From positions 1 to 64,000 of the IMG/VR virus record IMGVR_UViG_3300021256_000084: a stretch of DNA of 64,000 nt; one strand, 5' to 3'. Position numbers and translations under genes: made by a program. The notes under the pieces are model-generated. The model was not told the origin of the DNA. It did not search any database and saw nothing but the letters and a program-made list of their open reading frames with translations. The stretch comes from a virus (lineage: Duplodnaviria; Caudoviricetes). Of the stretch, positions 20,751-30,332 are shown piece by piece (positions within the stretch are counted from its first letter, which is position 1; every line of letters starts with the position of its first letter).

Positions 20751-21059
20751 ATGGAACAGACAAGAAAAAGATGTCCTGTTTGCGGAAAGTTCGCAACGGA
20801 CGCTATGGTACAGAAGTACGATGCACTTGTAAGCGAAAAGGAAACGCTGCAAACGCAGCTGAATAACAATCGTGCTATGTACGAGCGTATGAACGAGGAA
20901 CGCCAGCGTGTGTCCGAACAGCTTGCAGCAGCGAAAGCAGAAGCTAAGAAAGCGGAAGCGGAGCGCGACTACTACCGCAAAGCGGACGCAGAGAAAGCAG
21001 AACGCATTGAGCAGCTGCTGTCACGCTCTTTGTGGCAGCGTATTATCAACAAAAAGTAA
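20751..21059 (+). CDS. Zn-ribbon/coiled-coil protein
   Basis: CPVCGKF then coiled coil; ends RSLWQRIINK. Confidence 0.7.
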   Translation: MEQTRKRCPVCGKFATDAMVQKYDALVSEKETLQTQLNNNRAMYERMNEERQRVSEQLAAAKAEAKKAEAERDYYRKADAEKAERIEQLLSRSLWQRIINKK

Positions 21060-21065
21060 TGCGCT

Positions 21066-21506
21066 ATGAGTAACAACTGGCACACACTACAAGAGCAGCA
21101 GCCGCGACGGAATAGCCGCGTGCTGTTGCAGTATGTTGACGGCTACGGCAACTTCTGTGACTACGACGTTGCAAGCTATACGCGGGTTGGGCATGGCGTG
21201 GACTGCACGCTCAACACGCACGGCACTACGCTGTTCTACAACAAAGTGAAACGCTGGATGCAGATAAGCGACATTGACAAGGAGCTTTGGCACACAGCGG
21301 ACGAGAAGCCGACAGAGGGCGCGTTTGTGCTTGCGCTGATATACCGCGAGCTGTACGGCAGTCCTATGGAAACGACGTACATCGTGCTACAGCGCAGACA
21401 GCTGTCATGCCCCAAGTTCACGGGCATTGGATATGTGCGTTACAACTTGTACCACGAGGACGAGCGCGTTGTGCGCTGGTGCTACATAAAAGACTTGGCA
21501 AAATGA
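21066..21506 (+). CDS. Tandem DUF551-like repeat protein
   Basis: Two WH....P....VL / V.RW..I.D units. Confidence 0.55.
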   Translation: MSNNWHTLQEQQPRRNSRVLLQYVDGYGNFCDYDVASYTRVGHGVDCTLNTHGTTLFYNKVKRWMQISDIDKELWHTADEKPTEGAFVLALIYRELYGSPMETTYIVLQRRQLSCPKFTGIGYVRYNLYHEDERVVRWCYIKDLAK

Positions 21507-21877
21507 GGGATAGAATCTACATCAGCGGCCCAATTACGGGCTATGACATTGAGGAACGCAGAAAAGCTTTCAAGAAAGCACAGCTGTACCTTGAACAGGA
21601 ATGTGGATTCAAGCGCACCTTCAACCCAATGGAAAACGGACTGCCTGCCAATGCGCACAGGTCGGAGCACATAAGGGAAGATTTGAAGCAGTTGCTTAAG
21701 TGTACGTCAATCTATTTGATGCGCGGCTGGGAGAAAAGCGCGGGCTGTCAGCTGGAGTTCCAAACGGCTACGCAGATAGGGTTGGCTGTGCTGCCCGAAG
21801 CGCATGGTAAGTGGATTGTGGACTTTTCAATAGCAAAATTTATGGACTATGAAAAAGATAACAAGAAAACAGTTTGA
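21503..21877 (+). CDS. DUF4406 family protein
   Basis: RIYISGPITG, FNP, IYLMRGWEKSAGCQLE motifs. Confidence 0.85.
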   Translation: MRDRIYISGPITGYDIEERRKAFKKAQLYLEQECGFKRTFNPMENGLPANAHRSEHIREDLKQLLKCTSIYLMRGWEKSAGCQLEFQTATQIGLAVLPEAHGKWIVDFSIAKFMDYEKDNKKTV

Positions 21878-22275
21878 GCTTGGCTGCGGATGCATCTGCT
21901 GGGCAGTGCTCGCGGCAGCTGTGTGGGCGTTAATAAAGTTTGTGCTATGAGGTACGCGCTACGCCACCAGCAGAAGATTGAACAGGCATACGGGCAGCAG
22001 TACGTTGAACAGCTGCTTAAGTGCCTGACGAAGTTCTTTGACGTGTACAGCAGCGAGGAAGTGCTGCAAGCAGTCAAGACCGATTTCCCGTACCCGGTGC
22101 TGCGCGTGTCGCAGTACGACTTCTACGTGACAAAGCAAGTGTACGACGTGCTGCACTTGGCGTTGAAAGTGAAATAAGCGGTTTTAAGAGCGTTTTGCAG
22201 CTTCGCCCGATACGTTGCAAGCAAACAGCGCAAAAGGGCAGCACAGCAAGCGCAAAGGAGCAAAACGAGCAATAA

Positions 22276-22776
22276 ATGGCAACAAGGTTTGACAAGATGT
22301 TAGAAAAGGAGCGTGCAGCGGCAAAGCAGTACGACTATGCGATAGGAATAGACACGGGCGTAAACACAGCGATTGCCGTCTGGGATATTAGGCGCAAGCT
22401 GTTCATCCACGTTGAAACGACGATGATCCACCGTGCGCTGCTGTACATTTGGCAGTTCATGCAGAAGTGTGAGCAGCAAAACGCATCGTTTTACGTGCGC
22501 GTCGAGGACGCACGGCAGCGCAACTGGTTTGGGCCGCGCTCGCAATACAAGCTGCAAGGTGCTGGAAGCGTCAAGCGCGACAGTAAGATTTGGGAAGATT
22601 TCTTGCGCGACTACCACATCAGCTTTGAAATGGTAGCGCCACAGCGGCAGCAGGGCTTAACGAAAATGTCAGCAGCAGCGTTTAAGCAGCTCACACACTA
22701 CACGGGCAGGACAACGGAGCACTCACGCGACGCTGCAATGCTCGTATTTGGAAGTAACAGAACAATACCATTTTGA
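22276..22776 (+). CDS. RuvC/RNase H-fold Holliday junction resolvase-like nuclease
   Basis: IGIDTG, VRVED and RDAAML acidic motifs. Confidence 0.65.
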   Translation: MATRFDKMLEKERAAAKQYDYAIGIDTGVNTAIAVWDIRRKLFIHVETTMIHRALLYIWQFMQKCEQQNASFYVRVEDARQRNWFGPRSQYKLQGAGSVKRDSKIWEDFLRDYHISFEMVAPQRQQGLTKMSAAAFKQLTHYTGRTTEHSRDAAMLVFGSNRTIPF

Positions 22777-23243
22777 CTATGATTAGAGAAGTAAGAAGTA
22801 AAACAAACAAGCATTTGCACTTTCCGCAAGGCAAAGTGTTCAAGGCATGGCGACCCAACATCAACAACGTGCTTGTCTTTGACGGGAAGCATGCGCTGCT
22901 GCTGGGCATCTGCCGCTTCTATATGGACTTTGAAGTAGTGCTGCACAAGGAGCTGGCGCTTGACATAGACGGAAGCGGGCAGGCTTGCAAGCAGGTCGTT
23001 ATTGAAAACCAAAAGCAGCTGCTTGAAGCTATTGCATTGTACAAGAAGCTATATCCGCAGTCATACACACGCTTTGACGAACTTTACTGCTGGCTGCGCG
23101 ACGATGCGGACAGGAACAGCGGCGGAGGACTGTTTGGGCATAGCGTCGCAGGCGAGCTGGATGACGATTGCTACGGGTTTGAATGCCGCTATAACGACGA
23201 GCAGGCAGTAGTGTACGAGTACGTGGGTATTTGCAAGTGCTAA
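22773..23243 (+). CDS. Hypothetical protein
   Basis: 156 aa; start overlaps upstream stop. Confidence 0.65.
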   Translation: MTMIREVRSKTNKHLHFPQGKVFKAWRPNINNVLVFDGKHALLLGICRFYMDFEVVLHKELALDIDGSGQACKQVVIENQKQLLEAIALYKKLYPQSYTRFDELYCWLRDDADRNSGGGLFGHSVAGELDDDCYGFECRYNDEQAVVYEYVGICKC

Positions 23244-23293
23244 CGGTTAAGCAACGGTTAATTCCCAGGCACAAGGGTTAAGTATGGGTAAAA

Positions 23294-23397
23294 ATGCTTA
23301 GTTTTGCTTAGTTTTATTAGGTTTTTACAAACAAAGTCCGTAACTTTGCCCTACGACAAACGACATTAAGTTTAACTTTTTAATAGATACGACAATG
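23294..23397 (+). promoter_or_regulatory. Promoter/leader cassette 2
   Basis: TTAGGTTT 23317-23324, N16, TAACTTTG 23341-23348, AGTTTAAC, ACGACAATG; tandem GCTTAGTTTT upstream. Confidence 0.8.
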
Positions 23398-24129
23398 ACA
23401 CAGAAAGAAAAATTGTACTTCGAGTACTTGACAATCAAAAACAGCATTTACGCTGTAAAGGGTGAAACGGACAAGCAGATTAACTTGGACGAGTTTTGCA
23501 AAACAGGACGCTTTTGGAAGGAAGCAAAGGACAGCACAGTAGCAGACTTGCAACAGGACATTGAAAACGCAAAGCGTTCGCTGGAGCAGCACAAGCGCGA
23601 CAAGAAGCGAGACGAGTGGTTTGCAACGCCCGAAGGCGCACAGTGGAAGCAGGACAAGGAAGCACAGATGCAGTCTATCCGGGAGCAGGAAATGGAGCTG
23701 CTGGAACGCGCACGTCAATACGCCAGCGTTACAGTGCAGCAGGTAATCGGCGCACACTTCGACGTTACGAGCTTTGGCGAGCGTTGCATGACTATAGGGC
23801 TTGTCAAGGAGTACAAGGAAGGAAAGCCTGTAGCTCTTTTCGGACACACCTTTGACGTGTACTATGAGCTCGACTATTTCAACGGAAACAAAGCCCGCTG
23901 GGAGCTCAACTACGGCACGCTGGGCGCGTTTGACTTGGACGAGGACAACAATACACGCACACAGTACCTTGTAGGGCTTGCAAAGTTCGCAGCCAACAAG
24001 ACGCTTGTGCCGTCGCTGCGTGACTTCCTGCACGGCTTTGGTAAGTCTATGAGCACACTGTTTCACGCCTACTGCGACGCAGAGCGCGAGCTTAAGAATC
24101 CATCAGTACTTGCAGACAATAACGAGTAA
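23395..24129 (+). CDS. Hypothetical protein
   Basis: 244 aa directly after cassette 2. Confidence 0.75.
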   Translation: MTQKEKLYFEYLTIKNSIYAVKGETDKQINLDEFCKTGRFWKEAKDSTVADLQQDIENAKRSLEQHKRDKKRDEWFATPEGAQWKQDKEAQMQSIREQEMELLERARQYASVTVQQVIGAHFDVTSFGERCMTIGLVKEYKEGKPVALFGHTFDVYYELDYFNGNKARWELNYGTLGAFDLDEDNNTRTQYLVGLAKFAANKTLVPSLRDFLHGFGKSMSTLFHAYCDAERELKNPSVLADNNE

Positions 24130-24134
24130 GGACT

Positions 24135-24482
24135 ATGAAAAGGTACTATGAAGTAGCCTTGATGCAGCACGTAGCAGGCAGCGTTGAGGACGATTACGAG
24201 ACAGTGACATTCGAGTGCGAGGGTGGTTACGGCTACTACGAGTGCAAGCGTAAGGCAAAGGAGTTTTCCATGCACATTGGCAAGGTAAACGTACCGGGCT
24301 GTGGCTACACTTTCAACGGAAGGACACACAATAGCGACTTCCCGCAACAGCGCCTTGACGCTGGGCTTGCTGCTGTCAAAATAGTGTGTTACACGGAAAC
24401 GGAAGAAACGTCCTACGAGCCGTTGTATTACGAGTATTACAAGGACGGCAAAGTTGACTACAAGATTGATTTTACTAAATAG
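24135..24482 (+). CDS. Hypothetical protein
   Basis: 115 aa ORF. Confidence 0.7.
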   Translation: MKRYYEVALMQHVAGSVEDDYETVTFECEGGYGYYECKRKAKEFSMHIGKVNVPGCGYTFNGRTHNSDFPQQRLDAGLAAVKIVCYTETEETSYEPLYYEYYKDGKVDYKIDFTK

Positions 24483-24524
24483 CACAGCTATAGCAAGAAC
24501 GATAACGAATAACAGCAAGCAACT

Positions 24525-24896
24525 ATGACAGAGCAAGAATTGAAAAAGTACAAGCAGGAAGTACCAAAGGACTTCCTGCTTAAGGTGCGTGACATACGCA
24601 TGGTTGACAAGTACGGCGTGTACGAGACAGGGCTGTACAAGTACAAGGGCATGGATATTCTGATAACGGTTGACGCGAAGAAGTGGCACTTGTCCGTCAG
24701 CGCGAAGTTCCCGCTGGGCTACCAGCAGCTGAAGGACGTGCGCTACAAGTTCATGCCCAACGATATGAGCGTTGCCCAGATATTCCCACGGCGTGAGGAA
24801 TTTGTCAACGTACATACGTGCTGCTGGCATCTGTGGGAGATAGACGAGGACGAGGAAGAATTGAACAAGTACAGCGTCGACAGCGAACATGAGTAA
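24525..24896 (+). CDS. Conserved phage hypothetical protein
   Basis: WHLSVS...QIFP...VNVH..CWHLW pattern. Confidence 0.7.
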   Translation: MTEQELKKYKQEVPKDFLLKVRDIRMVDKYGVYETGLYKYKGMDILITVDAKKWHLSVSAKFPLGYQQLKDVRYKFMPNDMSVAQIFPRREEFVNVHTCCWHLWEIDEDEEELNKYSVDSEHE

Positions 24897-25056
24897 CAAG
24901 ATACTGCACTTTGCCCTTTGGCTGCTGTTTGTCTGCTGCCTTGCAGCGTGCATTTACTTCGCGCTGCACGCGCAATACATGGAAGCTGGCATGTTTGTAC
25001 TGAGCACAGGGCAAAGTGCGTGTAATCTCATTTTATTTAAGGAAACAGAGCTATGA
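24889..25056 (+). CDS. Small membrane protein (55 aa)
   Basis: Read manually: MSNKILHFALWLLFVCCLAACIYFAL... Confidence 0.55.
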   Translation: MSNKILHFALWLLFVCCLAACIYFALHAQYMEAGMFVLSTGQSACNLILFKETEL

Positions 25057-25221
25057 TAGTAAACATCACTTTTATTGCAGAACAAGGAAAGCTTAAGCTG
25101 GAAGAGTGCAGCAAATCCCCATTGGTTGAAGCGGTAGAGGAATCGTTAAAGGACTTTGACGACCTTTGCGTTGGCAAGCCCAAGAAAATAGTTATTGACA
25201 TCATAAAACAGTAGTACGACT

Positions 25222-25734
25222 ATGGCACAGCAGAAGATGATTGGCTCGGAAGCGTTTGTGGAGCGCATACAAGCGTTTTTGGACGAGCAGGCTGCAACGG
25301 ACGAAGCGTTTGCAGCAAAGCTTAAGAAAGACAAGCGCACGGTGCAGGACTGCGCAAACTGGATGATTGAAAAGCTTGCACAGGACTTCCGCGACACGGG
25401 CAAAATGGGCTACGACGACAGCGAGATTTACGGGCTCGCCCTGCATTTCTTTGACGAGCCGGAACTGAAAGCAAAGGGCAACCTTAACTTTCAAGGGCTG
25501 ATAATGAGCAACCGCCCTCGCACGCAGGAGTACAAGCCGCGTGAGCTGACGGACGAGGAAAAAGCAGGCTTGGATGCAGCAGCACGCGAGCAGTACAAGC
25601 AGGAACAAGTGCGCAAGCTGCGCGAAGCGGAGCAGAAAGCACAGGAAGCAGAGCAAAGACGCTTGGAGCGCATCAAGGAGAAGCGACAGAAGCAGGCAGA
25701 ACAGTATGCACAACCCTCATTATTCGACATGTAG
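25222..25734 (+). CDS. PcfK-like protein (family that includes AcrIIA9)
   Basis: K.K.T..DC..., GYDDSEIYGLALHFFDE; ends QPSLFDM. Confidence 0.8.
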   Translation: MAQQKMIGSEAFVERIQAFLDEQAATDEAFAAKLKKDKRTVQDCANWMIEKLAQDFRDTGKMGYDDSEIYGLALHFFDEPELKAKGNLNFQGLIMSNRPRTQEYKPRELTDEEKAGLDAAAREQYKQEQVRKLREAEQKAQEAEQRRLERIKEKRQKQAEQYAQPSLFDM

Positions 25735-25736
25735 CT

Positions 25737-26264
25737 ATGACACAGATACAAGTTTACCAAGAAATGTATGTTGACGCATTAAAGCGTCGCATCAGCGCAT
25801 CAGTGGACGAAGAGAATGCGCTGAAAAACATCTTTGGCTTAAAGATTGATTATGTTGGAAAGCAAGTTGCTGATAAGGTTTACAATCTTGACGGCTGCTT
25901 GTACAAAGTAGTGTGCATGAAATACTGTGACTGCTGGAGCTACGATAACGGTGTCAAATTTGAGTTGAACTTCGCCATTGTACCACAAAGCGTGCGTGAA
26001 GCTTTCACCTTGACAAAAACGGAGCGCAAGCTGCTTGACGCTTACGAGCGTGACGTTTTTGAGAAATTCACGAAAAAGCCTTCAAAAGAAAACAGTGTGC
26101 TTTTGGATAAATTGCACCGGGATTTCTACTGGCCTTTGTACAACTGCAAGAACTGTATAACGCCTGTTAAAGACTTCGCATGGATGTACAAACTTGAAGA
26201 AATTACATGCAGCACGTTTGCAACGAACGGAATGATTTACGAGAACGGAAAAACTCTTTGGTAA
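25737..26264 (+). CDS. Hypothetical protein inserted between pcfK and pcfJ
   Basis: 175 aa, more AT-rich than neighbours. Confidence 0.65.
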   Translation: MTQIQVYQEMYVDALKRRISASVDEENALKNIFGLKIDYVGKQVADKVYNLDGCLYKVVCMKYCDCWSYDNGVKFELNFAIVPQSVREAFTLTKTERKLLDAYERDVFEKFTKKPSKENSVLLDKLHRDFYWPLYNCKNCITPVKDFAWMYKLEEITCSTFATNGMIYENGKTLW

Positions 26265-26270
26265 GCAGCT

Positions 26271-27581
26271 ATGAAGCCACATACAAAAGCACATAACGAG
26301 GTGATGCAGCTGCGCGAACAGCTGCGCCCTCTTACAGCAAAGGAAAGATGCTGGGCGTTGAAGCACGTGCCGTACTTCACGGGTCATGCAAGCTACGGCA
26401 AGGTGACGTGCCAGCACTGCGGACATGTCTTTGAGCACAACGGCAAGGACGAGCAGCGTTGCCCACACTGCAAACGGACACTGCACATCACGCAGACGAA
26501 GAAGGAAAGTGCGGACGATATAGAGTGCTTTGTGCTGATGGACGCAGTGGAGCAGTGGCAGGTAATGCGCTACTTCCACGTCATTACGCAAAGCAGGAAG
26601 CGTGGCACGAAAACATCGACGCGTATTTCGGAAATCATGCAGCGTTGGATCGGCGCGGAAGGCAAGTACGTCATCGTTGCCAAGCAGCGCAACATCTGCT
26701 TCTACAACATACGCTGGGTGTATGACAGCGAAATGCAGATACACGGCATACCTGACGAGCACTACATCAACCGCATAGACAACGAGGGCTTTTGCACGTA
26801 CACCGTGCGCAAGTGGCACGCTGCACTGCAACACGTGCAGTACGACTTCGACAAGCTGCAAATGCCGCTGTTCAACTTTGTGCGTGCTTTCATGTCAAGC
26901 TCCTACGCGGAAACGCTGTTCAAGCAAGGACGCTTGCAGCTGTTCAAGTACTGTGCGGAAAACAACTTATTTGGCAGCAAGGAGTTCGTTGCAGCCATGC
27001 GTATTGCGCTGCGTCACAAGTACGACATTGAAAAGGACGTTACGCTTTGGTGTGACTACGTGCAAACGCTGCTGAAGCTCAAAAAGGACGTGCATAATGC
27101 TGTGTACGTCTGCCCGAAGGACTTGCACGCTGCGCATGACTTGTACTTGCAGCGTTGGCGCAAGATTGAAGCGGAGAAGCAGCGCAAGCTTGACGAAAAG
27201 CGCAAGCTTGAAAAGGTGCTGCGTGCAAAGATGGATAACGAAGCGTACATCAAGCGCATGCAGCCGTTCCTTGGGCTGCTGTTTACGGACGGCAAGGGCA
27301 TTTCGCTTCATGTCCTGCGCGACGTTTCGGAGTTCGCAGAAGAAGCCGCCGTTATGCAGCACTGCGTTTTTGATAACGCGTATTACAAAAAGCCGCAGTC
27401 GCTTATTATGAGTGCGCAAGTCAACGGAGAACGCACGGAAACGGTGGAAGTGTCGCTGGCTGATTTTACTATACAGCAGTCACGCGGGCACAGGAACTAC
27501 CCGAGCAAGTACCACAAGCGCATTGTACAGCTTGTAAGGAACAGCTTGCCGATGATTAAGCAGGCAGCGTGTGCAGGATAA
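26271..27581 (+). CDS. PcfJ domain protein
   Basis: C-terminal F.EEAAVMQHCV...YY...SLIMSA...ETVEV...QSRG. Confidence 0.85.
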   Translation: MKPHTKAHNEVMQLREQLRPLTAKERCWALKHVPYFTGHASYGKVTCQHCGHVFEHNGKDEQRCPHCKRTLHITQTKKESADDIECFVLMDAVEQWQVMRYFHVITQSRKRGTKTSTRISEIMQRWIGAEGKYVIVAKQRNICFYNIRWVYDSEMQIHGIPDEHYINRIDNEGFCTYTVRKWHAALQHVQYDFDKLQMPLFNFVRAFMSSSYAETLFKQGRLQLFKYCAENNLFGSKEFVAAMRIALRHKYDIEKDVTLWCDYVQTLLKLKKDVHNAVYVCPKDLHAAHDLYLQRWRKIEAEKQRKLDEKRKLEKVLRAKMDNEAYIKRMQPFLGLLFTDGKGISLHVLRDVSEFAEEAAVMQHCVFDNAYYKKPQSLIMSAQVNGERTETVEVSLADFTIQQSRGHRNYPSKYHKRIVQLVRNSLPMIKQAACAG

Positions 27582-28067
27582 CTACTGCACACGTTTGTTT
27601 TTTGGCAAGTTACGCTGTATCATTTCTTCCGTAGCGGCAGGGAGCTCTCCGTACACTTCACCGCAACGACGCATTATACGAGCCATATTATCGTAGTCCT
27701 TACGCTTTTTGTAAAGTATGCGCAGACGCTCGTAACAATGGCTTGCACGATAACCTAGTGTTGCACATTGTTCATAAACAGCTATTGCTTCATCAATCTT
27801 TCCCTCTTTCTCCAGTGCTATTCCTTTGCTGTTTAGATTTGAAGTTTCAGCCAACAGTTGTTCTTCTTTAATATTCGCTTCATAATACGATTTCGCAGCT
27901 TTGTAATCTGCATCTTCTGTGTCAAACTCTACATAGTCGGGGCGCACACCATTTATATACTCACGCTTGACAATACACCGCAATATACGCCTGCTCAACT
28001 CGTAATCGTTAAATGTACAAGCTGCGCTCATCTTTATTGCGTCGTCAACAGTCATTCTTTGTTTCAT
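27582..28067 (-). CDS. TPR-like protein (moron gene 3)
   Basis: NSKGIALEKEGKIDEAIAVYEQC...CYERLRILYKK helical-repeat pattern. Confidence 0.6.
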   Translation of the reverse strand: MKQRMTVDDAIKMSAACTFNDYELSRRILRCIVKREYINGVRPDYVEFDTEDADYKAAKSYYEANIKEEQLLAETSNLNSKGIALEKEGKIDEAIAVYEQCATLGYRASHCYERLRILYKKRKDYDNMARIMRRCGEVYGELPAATEEMIQRNLPKNKRVQ

Positions 28068-28070
28068 ACG

Positions 28071-28502
28071 TCACATATCTATGCCGTTAAGCATACCCAC
28101 AAACTCCTTGCCGTCTATCTGCAAGTATTTCAGCCCTTGCCCGTCTGCTTTGTTGAGCTGGTACACGACAAGCGTTTTGAACTTGTCCGTTTCAAACGTT
28201 ACTTCCACGTGTGGCGCATTGACAACATACGTAAACGATTCCGCTGCAAGCCTGCTGTCCTGCTTGTACGTGCCAGTCAGCTTGTCGCCTATCCGCTGGA
28301 AGCTGTAACGCTCGCAGTCCGCAAGGGCTTTTTCTGTTAGCAGTCCATCTTCTGGGATTGAGTACCAAAACATAACAGACGTAAGGTACTGCACTGTAAC
28401 GGGCGACGTAGTAGCTGCTGCTGTTTCCTCTTCATTATCACTGCTGCAAGACACAAAGGCAAACGGCACTGCCAGCAGCAGCGCAAATATCCATTTTTTC
28501 AT
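28071..28502 (-). CDS. Lipoprotein (moron gene 2)
   Basis: MKKWIFALLLAVPFAFVS-C signal peptide II followed by acidic SSDNEEE. Confidence 0.85.
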   Translation of the reverse strand: MKKWIFALLLAVPFAFVSCSSDNEEETAAATTSPVTVQYLTSVMFWYSIPEDGLLTEKALADCERYSFQRIGDKLTGTYKQDSRLAAESFTYVVNAPHVEVTFETDKFKTLVVYQLNKADGQGLKYLQIDGKEFVGMLNGIDM

Positions 28503-28843
28503 ATTGCTTTTTCGTATTTAGGGTTAAGTGATGAAAGCATTTCGGACAGCTGTGCTTGACAAGGCACGCAGTCCTCACTTGTGATGTCATACGCTGCTGC
28601 AAAAGCTTCATCAGCAGCAAGCAGTGCTGCAACGTTGCTGCGAATGGAAGCAAGCAGACGCAGTGTTTGGTAGCTGTGACACACGCGCACAGCGTCAGGG
28701 AACGCGCTGCTGTCAGTACATACTTGGGGCTGTGACATACGCAGTACGTGTGCTGCTGCCTGGCAATAGTCCGCGAGCTGCCTGCTGACTTCTTTGTGCA
28801 ACAGCATAGCTTCGCGCAAGTTTTGTTGTTCGTATTTGTGCAT
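28499..28843 (-). CDS. Hypothetical protein (moron gene 1)
   Basis: ATG at 28843, downstream of TATCTTTG at 28868-28875. Confidence 0.55.
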   Translation of the reverse strand: MHKYEQQNLREAMLLHKEVSRQLADYCQAAAHVLRMSQPQVCTDSSAFPDAVRVCHSYQTLRLLASIRSNVAALLAADEAFAAAYDITSEDCVPCQAQLSEMLSSLNPKYEKAI

Positions 28844-29000
28844 ATCCAAAAGCTTAAAATCCGCTTGCAAAGATAGTAAAAACCTGCCAAAATCGGTAGG
28901 TTTTACGCATTGTTTAACAAATAAAAACACGCTATATATTGCAGCTTTGCAGGTTCATGTTGGTTAATACTAAGCGTTTTGGGTTAATCATTCATAAATT

Positions 29001-29077
29001 GTATAGTAATTGTTAGGTTTGTATAGTTTTTCTTAATAACTTTGCCGTACAGTTTAACAAAAAGCGATACGACAATG
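29001..29077 (+). promoter_or_regulatory. Promoter/leader cassette 3
   Basis: TTAGGTTT 29013-29020, N16, TAACTTTG 29037-29044, AGTTTAAC, ACGACAATG. Confidence 0.8.
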
Positions 29078-29431
29078 AAACAAGTATTTAAGAACATCGA
29101 CGAAGAATTGGACGCCTACAGCGCATTTCTTGACAGCAGCGAGTATGGAAAAACAGTGAAACAGATACGTGAAGCCTGCAAGGATATGTTTTACACGTAC
29201 AAAGGCGAGTTTGGGCTGGAGAGCAGCGAGCTTACTGACTACGGCACGATGTACAGCTGGGGCTTTAACGGCAATGAAAAGTGCTTTGCAGAAAACTTAA
29301 CGGGCTTCCTTGCAGAGTATGACATTGTACTGCGCAAGAAGGACGGCACGGCTGACGAGCGCAACAGCAACCACAACGATGTAGCAAAGCTGCTTAACAA
29401 GCTGTACCAGCTGGCAGAACAGACAAAGTAA
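29075..29431 (+). CDS. Hypothetical protein
   Basis: Starts at ACGACAATG. Confidence 0.7.
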   Translation: MKQVFKNIDEELDAYSAFLDSSEYGKTVKQIREACKDMFYTYKGEFGLESSELTDYGTMYSWGFNGNEKCFAENLTGFLAEYDIVLRKKDGTADERNSNHNDVAKLLNKLYQLAEQTK

Positions 29432-29453
29432 CAAACCATAAATAGACACGACA

Positions 29454-29831
29454 ATGAAGTACGACATGGAAGTTTGGCAGCAAGCCGTAACACAGATGCA
29501 GGACGCAAACAAGGTAATGCGCGAGCGCATCAACAGCAAGCCCAAGGGCTACGTAATCGTAAGCAACACGTTTGACCACTGCGTAGGCTGCGACGATAAA
29601 AGGTACGCAACAGCGGAAGTAATCGCTTTCAGCACACAGCCAGTAGTGTTGCAGCGTAACAACGCAGAACGTCTTGCACGCACATTCAAAGCATACTGCG
29701 GACGCGACGAGCAGCGCATCTATTGGCAGGTGATGAACGTGCTGGAGTATTACAAGCGGCTTATCAACCGCAACGAGCAGACGATCCAGCTGATGCAGGA
29801 CGTGCTGGCAGGAAAGGGAATAGGACAATAA
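29454..29831 (+). CDS. Hypothetical protein
   Basis: Starts at ACGACAATG. Confidence 0.7.
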   Translation: MKYDMEVWQQAVTQMQDANKVMRERINSKPKGYVIVSNTFDHCVGCDDKRYATAEVIAFSTQPVVLQRNNAERLARTFKAYCGRDEQRIYWQVMNVLEYYKRLINRNEQTIQLMQDVLAGKGIGQ

Positions 29832-29885
29832 TAGTTTAACACGGGCAGCGTACACGCTGCGCTGCCCACAATAGAAGCAACGACA

Positions 29886-30269
29886 ATGAAACAAACACTT
29901 TGGGTAGAGTTTAAGTCACAGCGCAAGCGTGCTGCTGACTGCACAGTAAGGGCGCTCATGAAGCTGCTGGGCGTTACCTGGGAAGAAGCTTACGACGAGC
30001 TTTGCAAGCAAGGGCGCAGGCTTAAGCGAATGACAAACGAAACGGAATGCGTGTATGCAGCACTTGCAGGCTACGGCTACGTCAAGCGTTCAATCAGCGT
30101 AGAAAAGGGCAGCAAGCGCCCGACGGTACAGAGCTTTGCAGCAGCACACCCGAAAGGGCACTACTTGCTGAAAGTTGCCAACCATGTTGTAGCTGTAGTG
30201 GACGGACACTATTACGACAGCTGGGATTGCGGCGACAAGTGCTTGTACGGATATATGGAGCTGCCATAA
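29886..30269 (+). CDS. Putative papain-like (Cys-His-Asp) peptidase-fold protein
   Basis: DCTVRA, HVVAVVDG and YYDSWD in the order of a catalytic triad. Confidence 0.5.
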   Translation: MKQTLWVEFKSQRKRAADCTVRALMKLLGVTWEEAYDELCKQGRRLKRMTNETECVYAALAGYGYVKRSISVEKGSKRPTVQSFAAAHPKGHYLLKVANHVVAVVDGHYYDSWDCGDKCLYGYMELP

Positions 30270-30332
30270 TTTTATATATAAGTTTGACGCAGGGAGCAGC
30301 AACACGGCTGCTCCCACAAAAAGAGAAGCAGA

